A stretch of DNA of 44,730 nucleotides from Bacteroidales bacterium (GCA_012522535.1 JAAYKF010000097.1:1-44730); one strand, 5' to 3'. Shown: positions 19,948-31,354, numbered from the stretch's first letter. Numbers and translations: made by a program. The notes: generated by a model from the sequence alone, not told the origin.

Positions 19948-20059
19948 ATTGTAAAAAATCCAATAAGAATAAAGATTTACGCAAATAGCTTTTGTGTATA
20001 GACTAAAATTTATTAACTTTACTCCACGAAATAATAGTATAGAAAAATAAAATTTTAAA

Positions 20060-21430
20060 ATGAAAGATTTAAAAAATTACATCGAATCCAATAAGGATAG
20101 ATTTTTAGAAGAACTTTTCGGACTTATCCGTATCCCCTCCATTAGTGCCAAAAGCGAGCATAAAGATGATATGGTAAAAGCTGCCGAATACATTAAAAAT
20201 TCACTCTTAGAAGCCGGAGTGGACAAAGCAGAAGTGATGCCCACAAAGGGAAATCCAGTTGTGTATGGAGAAAAAATGATAGACGAAAATGCACCAACAG
20301 TTATCGTTTATGGACACTACGACGTGATGCCAGCCGAGCCATTCGAACTGTGGAAAAGCCCACCCTTTGAACCCGAAATTAGAGATGGAAAAATATATGC
20401 CAGAGGTGCCGACGACGACAAAGGACAAGCCTTTATGCACGTTAAAGCATTCGAATATTTGGTGAAAACAGACCAACTTCCTTGCAACGTAAAATTTATG
20501 ATTGAAGGAGAAGAAGAAGTTGGCTCGCCAAGCTTAGGAGAATGGTGTGAGCAAAACAAAGAGATGCTCAAAGCAGATGTTATACTTGTGTCTGATACAG
20601 GAATGATAGCACAAGATATTCCAAGCATAACAACAGGGCTAAGAGGACTTTCGTACTGGCAAGTTGAGGTTACAGGACCCAACAGAGACCTTCATAGTGG
20701 ACTTTATGGCGGTGCTGTTGCAAATCCAATAAATGTATTGGCAAAATTAATTGCACAAATGCAAGACGAAAGCGGAAGAATTACAATTCCTGGTTTCTAT
20801 GATGACGTTCTTGAAGTGTCAGCAGAAGAACGTGAATTGTTAGGAAGAGCTCCTTTCGATTTAGAAGATTATAAAAAAGCTATCGAAATAGGTGATGTAC
20901 AAGGCGAAGTAGGATATACAACTACAGAGCGTACTGGAATTCGTCCATCATTTGATGTTTGTGGAATTTGGGGCGGCTACCAAGGCGAAGGAGCCAAAAC
21001 TGTATTGCCTTCAAAAGCTTATGCTAAAATTTCAACTCGTTTGGTGCCAAACCAAGACAATGAAAAGATTGCAATTCTATTTAAAGAACATTTTGAAAGC
21101 ATTGCACCTAAATCTGTTAAAGTTGAGGTTACTCCATTGCATGGCGGACAAGGTTATGTTTGCCCAATAGATTTACCAGCATATAAAGCTGCTGAAAAAG
21201 CCTATAAAACAACATTTGGAAAACGTCCAGTGCCTTTCCGCAGTGGTGGTAGTATTCCAATTATTTCTACTTTCGAGGAAATATTAGGTATTAAATCAAT
21301 TCTTATGGGATTTGGTTTAGAGTCGGATGCAATTCACTCACCAAACGAAAATTATCCAGTTTACAATTTCCTAAAAGGAATTGAAACAATACCATATTTC
21401 TACAAATACTTTGCAGAAATAAACAAATAA
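20060..21430 (+). CDS. M20-family metallo-dipeptidase
   Basis: YGHYDV, ARGADDDKG, EGEEE.GS, DLHSG, GGSIP, HSPNE. Confidence 0.92.
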   Translation: MKDLKNYIESNKDRFLEELFGLIRIPSISAKSEHKDDMVKAAEYIKNSLLEAGVDKAEVMPTKGNPVVYGEKMIDENAPTVIVYGHYDVMPAEPFELWKSPPFEPEIRDGKIYARGADDDKGQAFMHVKAFEYLVKTDQLPCNVKFMIEGEEEVGSPSLGEWCEQNKEMLKADVILVSDTGMIAQDIPSITTGLRGLSYWQVEVTGPNRDLHSGLYGGAVANPINVLAKLIAQMQDESGRITIPGFYDDVLEVSAEERELLGRAPFDLEDYKKAIEIGDVQGEVGYTTTERTGIRPSFDVCGIWGGYQGEGAKTVLPSKAYAKISTRLVPNQDNEKIAILFKEHFESIAPKSVKVEVTPLHGGQGYVCPIDLPAYKAAEKAYKTTFGKRPVPFRSGGSIPIISTFEEILGIKSILMGFGLESDAIHSPNENYPVYNFLKGIETIPYFYKYFAEINK

Positions 21431-21446
21431 ATGTAAAAGCAGACTT

Positions 21447-21941
21447 ATGAAAAAAAATTTTTTACTTAGCGTTCTTGTTGTTTTATTTTCAGCAGGAACA
21501 GTGTTTGCACAAGAATTCGGTGCTTATGCCGATTTTGCAATTCCAACAAAAGAAAATGCTAAATCGCTTGTAGGCATTGGTCTCGATTTTAAATTCGAGA
21601 TAACAGATGGCTTTAATGCAGGAGCATTGGTGGGATATCGCAATGCATTAACCAGCGATTATAATTACTTCCAAATTCCATTTATGGGATTAGCTCGCTA
21701 CTATGTTAATAGAGGCGAAGATGGATTTTATCCGCAAATAGCACTTGGAGGTATGTACAATCATACATCTGTAACCGTGTTAGGACAGAAAGTTAAATCT
21801 TCTTCTACAAACTTTGCCATGGACTTTGGTGTTGGTTACAAAATAAGTGAGTTTGCCGACTTATCAGTGCACTTTGAAAATGTTTTCTACAAAAATATTA
21901 ATGAAAATTATGTTCTTATAAGATATTCATACTCTTTCTAA
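21447..21941 (+). CDS. Small outer-membrane beta-barrel protein
   Basis: Signal peptide, alternating amphipathic strands, C-terminal YSYSF beta-signal. Confidence 0.75.
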   Translation: MKKNFLLSVLVVLFSAGTVFAQEFGAYADFAIPTKENAKSLVGIGLDFKFEITDGFNAGALVGYRNALTSDYNYFQIPFMGLARYYVNRGEDGFYPQIALGGMYNHTSVTVLGQKVKSSSTNFAMDFGVGYKISEFADLSVHFENVFYKNINENYVLIRYSYSF

Positions 21942-21999
21942 GAGTAGTACAAGAATGCAAAAAAGCTACCTCAAAGGGTTCTTGCTTTATAGAATTTTA

Positions 22000-22127
22000 A
22001 GGGTGTTTCATAAAAGAGAAAATGCAAAATGTTGAGTATGAGAACGAAGGAGTCCCAATAATTCATCGGGATGACCGAGTCTGAATTCCGAAAATAACGA
22101 AGCAGTTTGGCTTTTATGAAGCACCCT
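22000..22127. mobile_element. 128-bp MITE-like element with 17-bp terminal inverted repeats
   Basis: AGGGTGTTTCATAAAAG / CTTTTATGAAGCACCCT (16/17 match); non-coding interior; no clear target duplication. Confidence 0.7.
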
Positions 22128-22288
22128 CTTTTCTGTAAATTTCTCAATTTTCAAAATTGGTTATATGTTGATTTTGACTAAGTATGTGTAAATATTGCCG
22201 TTGTTAACAAAAAACATATTAAAACTTGACTTTTAGTTGTTTTAATTGTATATTTGACAATTAATTTATTGTTTACAAAGTCAATTCT

Positions 22289-25200
22289 ATGAGAACTAAA
22301 TGTCAAATAAATGAAAGGACCAATTTCCTAATTAAATGTTGTAAAAAATTACAATATTTGAATTTAAGTATGGGCTGTATTGCCAATGTTAGAATCCCTT
22401 TTGTTTTTTTGATGTTATTTGTGTTTATAAAAACATCATCTTTAGCACAAAGTAGTTGTCAAACTGCCAAGTCATTAAAATTGGATAATTTAACACAAAT
22501 TACAATTAGTGATTCTGTCTTTTGGTTAAAGTTCACAGCCCAATCATCTACTTTGGAATTATTTATTAATGATTTAGATACAATAGAAGAATGTACAATT
22601 AATTCAATTCAACTTTATACTGGTAATTGCAGTCAACTTTTGTTAATGTCAGAGTCTAAAAACTACATATTTTCAAACTCATTATTGCAAAACAAAGAGT
22701 ATTTCATAAAAATAAACAGTTCATCAATAAATATGTCCAACTATGAAATATTATCAATAATGTTTCTAGACTCTACGGAGTATTCTTACCCATGGATAGA
22801 TAGTATATGCTGTCCACCACTTCCGTTAGGTTGTGAGTGTATAAGTAATAATGACTTCTCCATATTCACTGGTACTGTACATGGTGAATATACATCTATA
22901 TATCCTTATAATGCAATATGGGCAGGAAAAGTATGTGGTTGGCATGCTTTAAGAGCTACACCAGGTATAGATTGGGTTTCTTATACTCAAGGATATTTAG
23001 CATGTAAAGAAGCACTATGGACAGATTTAAAAAACGTCGAAGGAGAAAAAGATTATTTTTTTTAAATTGCTTATAATAATAAACCTTGTTATGGTTATAT
23101 GGGAAACGAAAAAATATATGTCTATCTTTCAAATAACGATTTAATGACTTATTCTTTGAATCATAATCTGTTAATATCTCATAGTTATTTTCATCTTCCC
23201 TTTGATAATGACTTCGAAGTTGCCAGTTTTGACAAATACAATACCTCTGAAGCAACTAACTATAAATACGACTATAAAATTCTTACCATACCTTCAAATT
23301 TTTCCAATAGTAATTTATATGTATTTGCAGATACAACAATTAGTACTCATATAGATAAATTATCTATGAAACAAATAGTGGAAGATACTGTTTTTTTATG
23401 TATTGGAAGTAGTAATAGTACAACTTTAGATGTAGGTAATGTTTCTAATCAGAGAGTTTACTGGGATAATGAGATGTATAATAATTTGCCTACTCGTAAT
23501 GTAACATTACCTGGTGAATATTGGGCTATTGTTACACATGATGATTCGTGTAATGTAAAGAAACACTTATTCATTGTTTCTGACTCAAACATCGTTATTT
23601 CAGGACATCATAACACATGCGATACTGTTTCTAGTTATAGTATAGTTAATCCCATAGTAAATCAAACATATCAGTGGGCTATAACACCTTCAAGTTCTGG
23701 TACAATAATAGAAAACAATAATACAAGTATAGTAGTGAGATGGCATAGTAATAATATGAGCGACTCAATACCTTCTTTTTTGAATGTAATAAATAATTGT
23801 GGAGATACTATTGATTTTAAGATTTGGAGATGTTGTAGCAAAGCTCCATTTCTTTTCGATACAACTATTACAAGTGATTTTCCTATTGGAGATTTGTATC
23901 TTAATGGTACTATAATAATAAATACTGATATAAATCTAACGAATGCCAATTTCTATATGGGGCAAGAGGCTAAGATAGTTGTAAACCCTCCTTACACCTT
24001 TAGTTTTAAAAACAGCTCAATTGAATCTGGTTGCAATCATATGTGGGATGGTATTTATTTGAGTAGTCCAGAAAGTAGCGTCGTTATACAAAATGCAGTG
24101 CAGGTGAAAGATGCATACAATGCGATTGTTTCAGAAAATGGAGCATCTGTTTTTGTGACCAATACAATTTTTTATCAAAATCTTAAAGGTATTGTAGTGA
24201 AAAATCATAATGGTGGTAATGTTATTTCTATTTCAAAGTGCAAATTTCTATCGACAGTTGATGAAGCAGGAACAATGCCCTCAAATCTCAAACCACCATA
24301 TAGTGATAGGAGAGGAATGACAGGAATAGAAATATGTAATGTAGCTAATGCCCAAGTAGGAGGAACAGGAATAGCATACCGTAACTTGTTCAGTAATCTT
24401 GACTATGGAATTGATATTTGTAAATCAAATGTAAATATCTATAATAATACTTTTATAAATATGACTGAAATTGAGGAGTTTACAGGTATTGGTATTAGGA
24501 TTGAAGGAAATATTTCAACACAGCAAACGGTAAATATTGGAGGATATAATATTGGCAATACTATTTATTCAAATTTATTTAATAACTGCAATTATGGAGT
24601 AAAATCATTAGGATCAGTAAATTTGAATATACTTTCCGATACAGTAACAGATGGCTGTATGGGATTTGTGATTGATAACAACAATGCCAGAAATATTATT
24701 ATTAGTAAAAATAAGATTTTTTTGACACGACTGGGACAAGGCATCTATATGTCTAGTGTAGGAAGTAGTCGAGTTTTTGTTGATTCAAATTATGTATCTG
24801 CAACTTCTTTAAATAATTATGCTGGTATTGGAGTAGAAAATGTTATGCCTCAAATTGTTAATGGTGTTACAATTCGAAATAACAAAATAGTTGGTAGCTT
24901 CAGAAACGGTATTATATTAACAAATATTCTTAAACCAACTATTCTTAATCCTAATGCAACCGAACGTAGTATTCCGTATTTATATAAAGATACTATTCTT
25001 TTATCAAATTTAATGATAAATATGCCTAATATTTATTCTGCAATTTCAGTGTCGGGCTGTACAAATACAGTTTTAGAAGAAAATGTAATTAATAAAATCG
25101 ATGGTTTTACAACCACAACCGAAACAAGAGCTCTTCGTGTAAATGGTATAAATATTTCAACATCAACATCAAACCATCTTTGTGACAATAAAATAACAGA

Positions 25201-26314
25201 TATGGGAATAGGTATTAGATACCAAAGTAATTGCAAAACTGCTACTAATTACCAAAATATTTTAAATCATAATTACTACGGATTTAGGTTTGACAATGCA
25301 GCAATAGGACATCAAGGGCACTCAATTCCAGCATTATCAAAACATTTAGTATATGATAATCAATGGATAAACAATTATGTTCTCAATGGAAGAGCACAAG
25401 GTAGCTTGAGTGAAACAACAAAGTGGTATTATCGCTTAGGAACAAATTTTACATTAAAAAATTATCAATTTAATATTACAAATTCAAATCTTAGTACATA
25501 TCAAATTACACCTAATCAATCCTTGAGTTGTGGTTATGACGGAAGCGTTGCAATAGGAGGCGGTTCGGGTGGTTCTACTAATAGCATCAACGATAATTAC
25601 GAAAATGAAAATTATATTATAAACATTGAAGAAAATCGATATTATGATTTTGTTTCAGCATATAGAAAATATGGTAGTTTGGCAATTGAAAATGATGATT
25701 TATTAAACTCAACTATTATTAGTGAAATTAACCCTATGAATATTCCCTTATTCGCTAAAGCAGCCGAACAAGCTGCCGAAGGATTGATTGACATGGCTTT
25801 TACAACTAATTGTAATATTACACCAATTAATTTAATTGAAAAAAACCAACAGATTGTTAATCAGATTTATTTAAATTCATGGGCACAAGGGCGTTTTAAT
25901 CTAACAGATGACGAGTACTATACCTTACTTGATATAGCAAGTCAAGAATATGTCAATGGCGGATACGGAGTATTTGGAGCAGAAGTTATGACACAAAGAT
26001 TTGAAAATCATTTATCAAGTAAAAACCAGTTTAATTATCGTCAAATTAATTTACCAGATAGCAATAATAATGAAATTATTTTATATCCAAATCCAGCAAA
26101 AGAGCTAATATTTATATATTCTAATCAAAAACTAGATAATGCTAAAGTAGAATTGTTTTCCGTTAATGGCACACTTGTTTACGATTGTTATATTGTCTCT
26201 AATTCAGAGGGAATGTACCTGTTAAATATTTCAACATTGAAATCTGGCATTTATTTTTGTATTGTTAGGACTTTAGAAGGAAAACAATTTAGCACAAAGC
26301 TGATTGTCTATTAA
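22289..26314 (+). pseudogene. T9SS cargo gene (~1340 codons, beta-helix + CTD) interrupted by one in-frame TAA at 23063-23065
   Basis: ORFs 22289-23065 and 23099-26314 are in the same frame and the gap is open (IAYNNKPCYGY). The signal peptide is only in the first part and the CTD (LYPNPAKE...GIYFC...TKLIVY) only in the second. Confidence 0.75.
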
Positions 26315-26332
26315 TTATTATTATCAATTTGT

Positions 26333-27601
26333 ATGAAAAAATTTTTATATCTAATAGGAATAATATTTATAATTACAGTCAATAGCTATTCTCAAAATTT
26401 AGTAAATAATCCCAGTTTTGAGGATATAAAAACATGTCCCAATGATTGGTTTGATTTTCATGTGTTAGAACATTGTTTTCATGTATTAAGAGGTTCGTCT
26501 GATGTTTTTAACAGTTGTTATACTAACACTAGTTTATTAAATGCCGGGGTGCCATCTAATAAATTTGGTCACCAATATCCTAGAACAGGAGAAGGTTATG
26601 TTGGCCAATGTTTTATAGATTTAGTTATTGATCTTTCTGATACTACTTTTCTTGAGAGCGATATTTTATGTGAACAATTTGGTATGACTTTAAAAGAAGA
26701 ATTAGTAGAAAACAAAAAATATTGTGTAAATTTTTATGTTTCCTTAGCAAATCGTCATTCAACTATTGCCACTGATGCCATATCAATGCTGATTTTATCT
26801 GATTCATTACCTTTAGTTTATTTTTCCCCACCAGAAGATACCATATATAGCAATTTCCCTCAAATAATGCATCCTCAAATAAACAATCCCTATGGCAATA
26901 TTATTAAAGATACTATAAACTGGGTAAAAATAGAGGGTGAATTTATTGCTCAAGGTGGTGAAAAATATCTATATATAAGTAATTTTAAACGACTTGGCGA
27001 TATAAATTGGGATTTTGTACCCTATACAGATTATTTTAATGGTTCATACTCCTATTACTATATTGATGATGTATCTGTTTATCTATGCGATGCACCAGTT
27101 TATTATGCTAATGCTGGCAATGACACATGCATTTCTGCGGGAGAAAGTGTTGTTTTAGGAAATCCAAGTTTAGAAGAGTACTTATATTGGTGGTCTGACG
27201 GAAAACGTATAATTGGCAATAGTGGAAGTATAACTGTAAAACCCACAAAAACAACAACTTACTATTTAAGACAAAAAGATTTTAAATTTGAAGAAAGTAT
27301 TGATAGCGTTACCGTTGAAGTGGGAGATTGCTTACCAATAGCTGGAAATGGAGCATTGTTTTTTCGGATATATCCCAACCCCAATGATGGAAATTTTCAG
27401 ATTCGTTTTAATGGACTTATTCCTGAAGGAGCAAAATTACAGTTGTTTGATATACTTGGGAGACAAGTTGGAGAGTATTTATTAGTTGGAGACGGAAATA
27501 TTGCAAATATTCAGCTTGAAATTCCTAAATCTCTTTATTGTGCAAAAGTTATAACGCCTAATTTTCAACTTCCAAGTGTGAAAATTGTAGTGGTTGAATG
27601 A
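26333..27601 (+). CDS. T9SS type A cargo protein
   Basis: Signal peptide; QNLVNNPSFE...YYYIDDVSV jelly-roll-like domain; ANAGND Ig-like domain; CTD IYPNPNDG...KIVVVE. Confidence 0.85.
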   Translation: MKKFLYLIGIIFIITVNSYSQNLVNNPSFEDIKTCPNDWFDFHVLEHCFHVLRGSSDVFNSCYTNTSLLNAGVPSNKFGHQYPRTGEGYVGQCFIDLVIDLSDTTFLESDILCEQFGMTLKEELVENKKYCVNFYVSLANRHSTIATDAISMLILSDSLPLVYFSPPEDTIYSNFPQIMHPQINNPYGNIIKDTINWVKIEGEFIAQGGEKYLYISNFKRLGDINWDFVPYTDYFNGSYSYYYIDDVSVYLCDAPVYYANAGNDTCISAGESVVLGNPSLEEYLYWWSDGKRIIGNSGSITVKPTKTTTYYLRQKDFKFEESIDSVTVEVGDCLPIAGNGALFFRIYPNPNDGNFQIRFNGLIPEGAKLQLFDILGRQVGEYLLVGDGNIANIQLEIPKSLYCAKVITPNFQLPSVKIVVVE

Positions 27602-27770
27602 AACTTTCTGTTTTCCGTTTTCCAAAGCACCAGTATTTACTCCATGGTTCTATTCTTTGTTAGTTTTTAGATAAATATATAGTGCCAATTGTAACAATGA
27701 AATATTAAATTACTGAAAATCAATGCATTAAAGCTGTGCTAATTTTAGTGGATACAAGTCAGGACGATAC

Positions 27771-27801
27771 AAAAAAGCTACCTCTTTGAGGTAGCTTTTT
27801 T
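27771..27801. terminator. Bidirectional intrinsic terminator
   Basis: Perfect AAAAAAGCTACCTC-ttt-GAGGTAGCTTTTTT between convergent genes. Confidence 0.9.
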
Positions 27802-27822
27802 ATGTTGTTTCTTTCCCTAATA

Positions 27823-27990
27823 TTATTCAGGGAAAATAGCTTCAACTGGACATACATCAGCACATGCACCACAGTCAGTGCAAATATCTGGATCAATTTT
27901 ATAGATGTCACCTTCAGAGATTGCTTCAACTGGGCATTCGTCGATACAAGTACCACAAGCTGTACAGATGTCGGTAATTTTGTAAGCCAT
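27823..27990 (-). CDS. 2[4Fe-4S] ferredoxin, 55 aa (absent from the ORF track)
   Basis: Hand translation MAYKITDICTACGTCIDECPVEAISEGDIYKIDPDICTDCGACADVCPVEAIFPE has two CxxCxxCxxxCP motifs. A -7 TATCTTTG lies on the minus strand at 28022-28029. Confidence 0.96.
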   Translation of the reverse strand: MAYKITDICTACGTCIDECPVEAISEGDIYKIDPDICTDCGACADVCPVEAIFPE

Positions 27991-28135
27991 AACTAAAAAT
28001 TTTTATTGGTTAATAATGATGCAAAGATATATCAAAAAGATTGACTGTGGCACTTTTGACGCTATTTTAGAAGCAAAACAAATAAGATTGTTTTTATAAA
28101 ATGCTCAAAATCAACTTATTGAACTAAAACTGCCT

Positions 28136-29437
28136 CTATAATTTAAACTCTTTCTTTATAACATCAACATAGTCGAGTTTTTCCCAAGCGAAGAAATCAA
28201 CCATTTTAAAGTATTTCTCGCCATTTTCTGTTTTTTCAACTCTCACATCTTCGTCTTTATAAAACACCTCAACCTCTTTTTGATAGTGGTCTCTACCAAA
28301 ATGACCGTAGGATGCTGTGGCTTTGAAAATAGGATTTTTCAATCCAAAACGTTTTATAATAGAATAGGGTCTCAGGTCGAAAATATTTTTAATGGTATCA
28401 GCAATCTCTACATCGCTAATAATTTCTCCATTTTGATTTTTCACCTTGGCTGTGCCATATGTATTCACAAACAATCCAACAGGCTGCGAAACGCCAATGG
28501 CATAAGCCACCTGAACCAAAACCTCGCTGCAAACTCCAGCAGCAACAAGGTTTTTGGCAATATGACGCGTGGCATAAGCCGCCGAGCGGTCAACCTTTGA
28601 AGAGTCTTTGCCCGAAAAAGCACCGCCACCATGAGCTCCTTTTCCACCGTAGGTGTCAACAATTATTTTTCTACCTGTTAAGCCTGTATCGCCGTGTGGT
28701 CCACCAATTACAAACTTTCCTGTGGGGTTCACAAATAACTTATAGTCATCCTTAAATAGCTCTTGAACACGTTCAGGAAGTGTTTTTACAACGCGTGGAA
28801 TTAAAATACTTTTTACGTCATTTTCAATGGTTTTCAACATTTCAGCCTCTGGGGCAAAATCGTCGTGCTGAGTAGAAACAACAATTGTATCTATCCTTTT
28901 GGCTCTATTGTTGTCGGCATACTCAACTGTAACTTGCGATTTTGAGTCGGGGCGAAGATACTTCATCTCTTTGCCCTCTTTACGTATGGCAGCCAATTCT
29001 TGTAAGAAAATATGAGATAGCTCCAACGGCATGGGCATAAGATTGTCCATTTCGTCGCAGGCATAACCAAACATCATTCCTTGGTCGCCAGCACCTTGCT
29101 CCTCAATATCACTACGCTCAACACCCTGATTTATATCCGGCGACTGATCGTGAATTGTTGTTATAACTCCACAAGAATTGCTGTCAAATCTATATTCGGC
29201 TTTTGTGTAGCCAATCTCTTTAATGGTTTGACGTGCAATGTCGTCAACATGGACGTATCCATTGGTTTTTACCTCGCCAGCACAAACCACTAAACCTGTT
29301 GTTACTAAGGTTTCACATGCAATTTTTGATTCGGGATCGTGTTTTAGAAACTCGTCCACCAATGCGTCAGAAATTTGATCGCTAACTTTGTCGGGATGTC
29401 CCTCAGAAACTGATTCTGATGTAAATAAATAACCCAT
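28136..29437 (-). CDS. metK: S-adenosylmethionine synthetase
   Basis: [28 protein letters not shown]. Start moved to MGYLF at 29437. Confidence 0.97.
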   Translation of the reverse strand: MGYLFTSESVSEGHPDKVSDQISDALVDEFLKHDPESKIACETLVTTGLVVCAGEVKTNGYVHVDDIARQTIKEIGYTKAEYRFDSNSCGVITTIHDQSPDINQGVERSDIEEQGAGDQGMMFGYACDEMDNLMPMPLELSHIFLQELAAIRKEGKEMKYLRPDSKSQVTVEYADNNRAKRIDTIVVSTQHDDFAPEAEMLKTIENDVKSILIPRVVKTLPERVQELFKDDYKLFVNPTGKFVIGGPHGDTGLTGRKIIVDTYGGKGAHGGGAFSGKDSSKVDRSAAYATRHIAKNLVAAGVCSEVLVQVAYAIGVSQPVGLFVNTYGTAKVKNQNGEIISDVEIADTIKNIFDLRPYSIIKRFGLKNPIFKATASYGHFGRDHYQKEVEVFYKDEDVRVEKTENGEKYFKMVDFFAWEKLDYVDVIKKEFKL

Positions 29438-29511
29438 CTTATTGTATTTTAAATTAAACAAAAATAAAATGAAAAGGATAAAAAGATGAGTATGAATGAT
29501 GTGCAAATAAT

Positions 29512-29559
29512 GTTTTAGCATTTTTTCATGTGGTTGCAATCATACCAAATCTTTCCACC
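29512..29559 (-). ncRNA. SAM-II class riboswitch upstream of metK
   Basis: Minus strand reads GGTGG-AAAGATTTG-GTATG-ATTGCAA-CCAC-ATGAAAAAAT-GCTAAAAC: GTGG/CCAC stem, GATTT, TTGCA and 3' GCTAAA pseudoknot strand. A -7 TACCTTTG lies at 29570-29577. Confidence 0.8.
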
Positions 29560-29628
29560 GTTTCACCTGCAAAGGTAATAATATTTTACAAACAACAATC
29601 ATTATTAACTCTTTTTTGATTTTAGAGT

Positions 29629-29669
29629 AAAAAAATGGGATTTCAGAAATTATCCTAAAATCCCATTTT
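29629..29669 (-). terminator. Intrinsic terminator after the acyl-CoA ligase
   Basis: 12-bp stem AAAATGGGATTT / AAATCCCATTTT with a T-run on the minus strand. Confidence 0.7.
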
Positions 29670-29689
29670 GAATATTGTATTTTCATATG

Positions 29690-31354
29690 CTAAATGCCCA
29701 CTAACTTGGGATTAGCATAGAGATATCTCTTAATTTTTTGAGTTGGAGTTTTGTCAAAATCACTATTTATGCTTACAACCTGAAATATCATTGAAGATTT
29801 TGATACTCTGGAATTTACATATTTAATTAGCTCCTCTTTGTGTTTTTCAATAATAATGTCAAACTCTTGTTTAAAGTCGCTAACTTTTTGACTTAAATTA
29901 TCTTTAAGCTCTTCATATTTTCTCTCTATCTCTTCAACATTAAAGTTAACCAAAGCCACCAACCTGCCTTTGTGTTCAATAACCAAGGACTCGGAAACCA
30001 CATTGTGTGAGTTGATAACTATTTCAATATCTTCGGGATAGATGTTTTCGCCATTGGCTCCAATAATTACATTTTTCAAACGACTCTTCATAAACAACCA
30101 GCCGTTTTTGTCAAAAGTGCCAATATCACCAGTTTTAAACCATCCATTTTCGGTCAAAACTTCACGAGTAAGCTCTTCATCTTTGTAATATCCCAGCATC
30201 ACATTGTCGCCCTTTGCCCAAATTTCGCCTTCGCCAGTTTTGGGGTCTGGATTGTCTATTTTCAACTCCACATTTTTCACCGATGGTCCGGTAGATTGCC
30301 ATTTTACCATTTGTGGATTGGCTCCAGCAATTAGCGGTGCTGTTTCTGTTAAACCGTAGCCGATAGCATAAGGGAATTTACCTTCCAACAAAAATCTTTC
30401 AACATTTTTGTCAAGCTTAGCTCCACCAATGCCAAAAAATCTAACTCTGCCACCAAAATTTTCTTGTAGCATAGCACTTGCTTTGCGATGCATAAATTTT
30501 CGCATAGGCGGAAATGAGTATGCAAGACGCATAAACTTCGACTTGGTAAGTTCAGGATATATTTTGCTTTTGAAAATCTTCTCAATAATCAATGGAACAG
30601 TAAGCATAATTGTTGGACGTACTGTTTTGAAAGCAGGCATCAACACAGAGGGTACAGGTGGTTTGTCTAAATAATAAACCGATGAGCCTTTCATTGCCGA
30701 GTATAAAAAACTTAAACTTGCCTCCAAAACGTGGGGCAAAGGAAGGATTGACAGAAAAACATCATCTGAAGTTATGGGTTGTAAAGCGTACAACATATCC
30801 AATTGAGAAACCATGTTTTTATGTGAAAGCATAACGCCTTTAGATTTTCCTGTGGTGCCAGAAGTGTAGATTATGGCAGCCAAATCGGAGGGCTCTACCT
30901 TGTTAAATAGACTTGGATTTTCAATATTGATATTTGTATCTCTTATTGTTTCACCCTCAGAAATTTCCAGAACTAAAATATTATCATTTTTGAGCTCTTT
31001 TAGCTTAAATTCAAACTTTTGATGTACAAAAATCGCCTTAGCTTCCGAATGCTCAATAATATTCAACATTTCATGCTCCGAAAATTCGGTTAAAATAGGA
31101 ACAACAACGGCTCCCAAATTAATAATAGAATAGTAAGCTACGCACCATTGCGGCATATTGGGAGAAATCAGAGCAACTTTGTCGCCATAACCAATCCCTT
31201 TTTGTGCCAATAATTGTGAGTAATTTTCTACCTCTTTACCAAACTCTTGCCAACTCATAGCTTCTTGTCCTACAAAACCATAAGAAGCTTTGGAAGAGTG
31301 CTCTTTAATGGTAATTTGCAACATCTCTTGCAAATCATAAAAGTTTTTTTCCAT
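29690..31354 (-). CDS. Long-chain fatty acid-CoA ligase (AMP-binding family)
   Basis: IIYTSGTTGKSKGV, GYGLTET, GWFKTGD, GENIYPEDIE. Confidence 0.9.
   Translation of the reverse strand: MEKNFYDLQEMLQITIKEHSSKASYGFVGQEAMSWQEFGKEVENYSQLLAQKGIGYGDKVALISPNMPQWCVAYYSIINLGAVVVPILTEFSEHEMLNIIEHSEAKAIFVHQKFEFKLKELKNDNILVLEISEGETIRDTNINIENPSLFNKVEPSDLAAIIYTSGTTGKSKGVMLSHKNMVSQLDMLYALQPITSDDVFLSILPLPHVLEASLSFLYSAMKGSSVYYLDKPPVPSVLMPAFKTVRPTIMLTVPLIIEKIFKSKIYPELTKSKFMRLAYSFPPMRKFMHRKASAMLQENFGGRVRFFGIGGAKLDKNVERFLLEGKFPYAIGYGLTETAPLIAGANPQMVKWQSTGPSVKNVELKIDNPDPKTGEGEIWAKGDNVMLGYYKDEELTREVLTENGWFKTGDIGTFDKNGWLFMKSRLKNVIIGANGENIYPEDIEIVINSHNVVSESLVIEHKGRLVALVNFNVEEIERKYEELKDNLSQKVSDFKQEFDIIIEKHKEELIKYVNSRVSKSSMIFQVVSINSDFDKTPTQKIKRYLYANPKLVGI

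Noticed and set aside
23056-23063. Slipped-strand phase variation at the T8 tract
   Set aside because: Both ORF parts are already in the same frame, so a 1-bp length change would frameshift rather than restore the gene.
10211-27601. Diversity-generating retroelement or invertase shufflon acting on the T9SS genes
   Set aside because: No reverse transcriptase or recombinase gene, and no near-identical template/variable repeat pair noticed by eye. A self-dotplot would be needed to exclude it fully.
27759-27996. ORFs 27759-27956 (-) and 27802-27996 (+)
   Set aside because: Shadow frames of the real ferredoxin gene.
29438-29539. N-terminal extension of MetK in the ORF track
   Set aside because: It runs through the SAM-II riboswitch and leader; conserved MetK begins at MGYLF.
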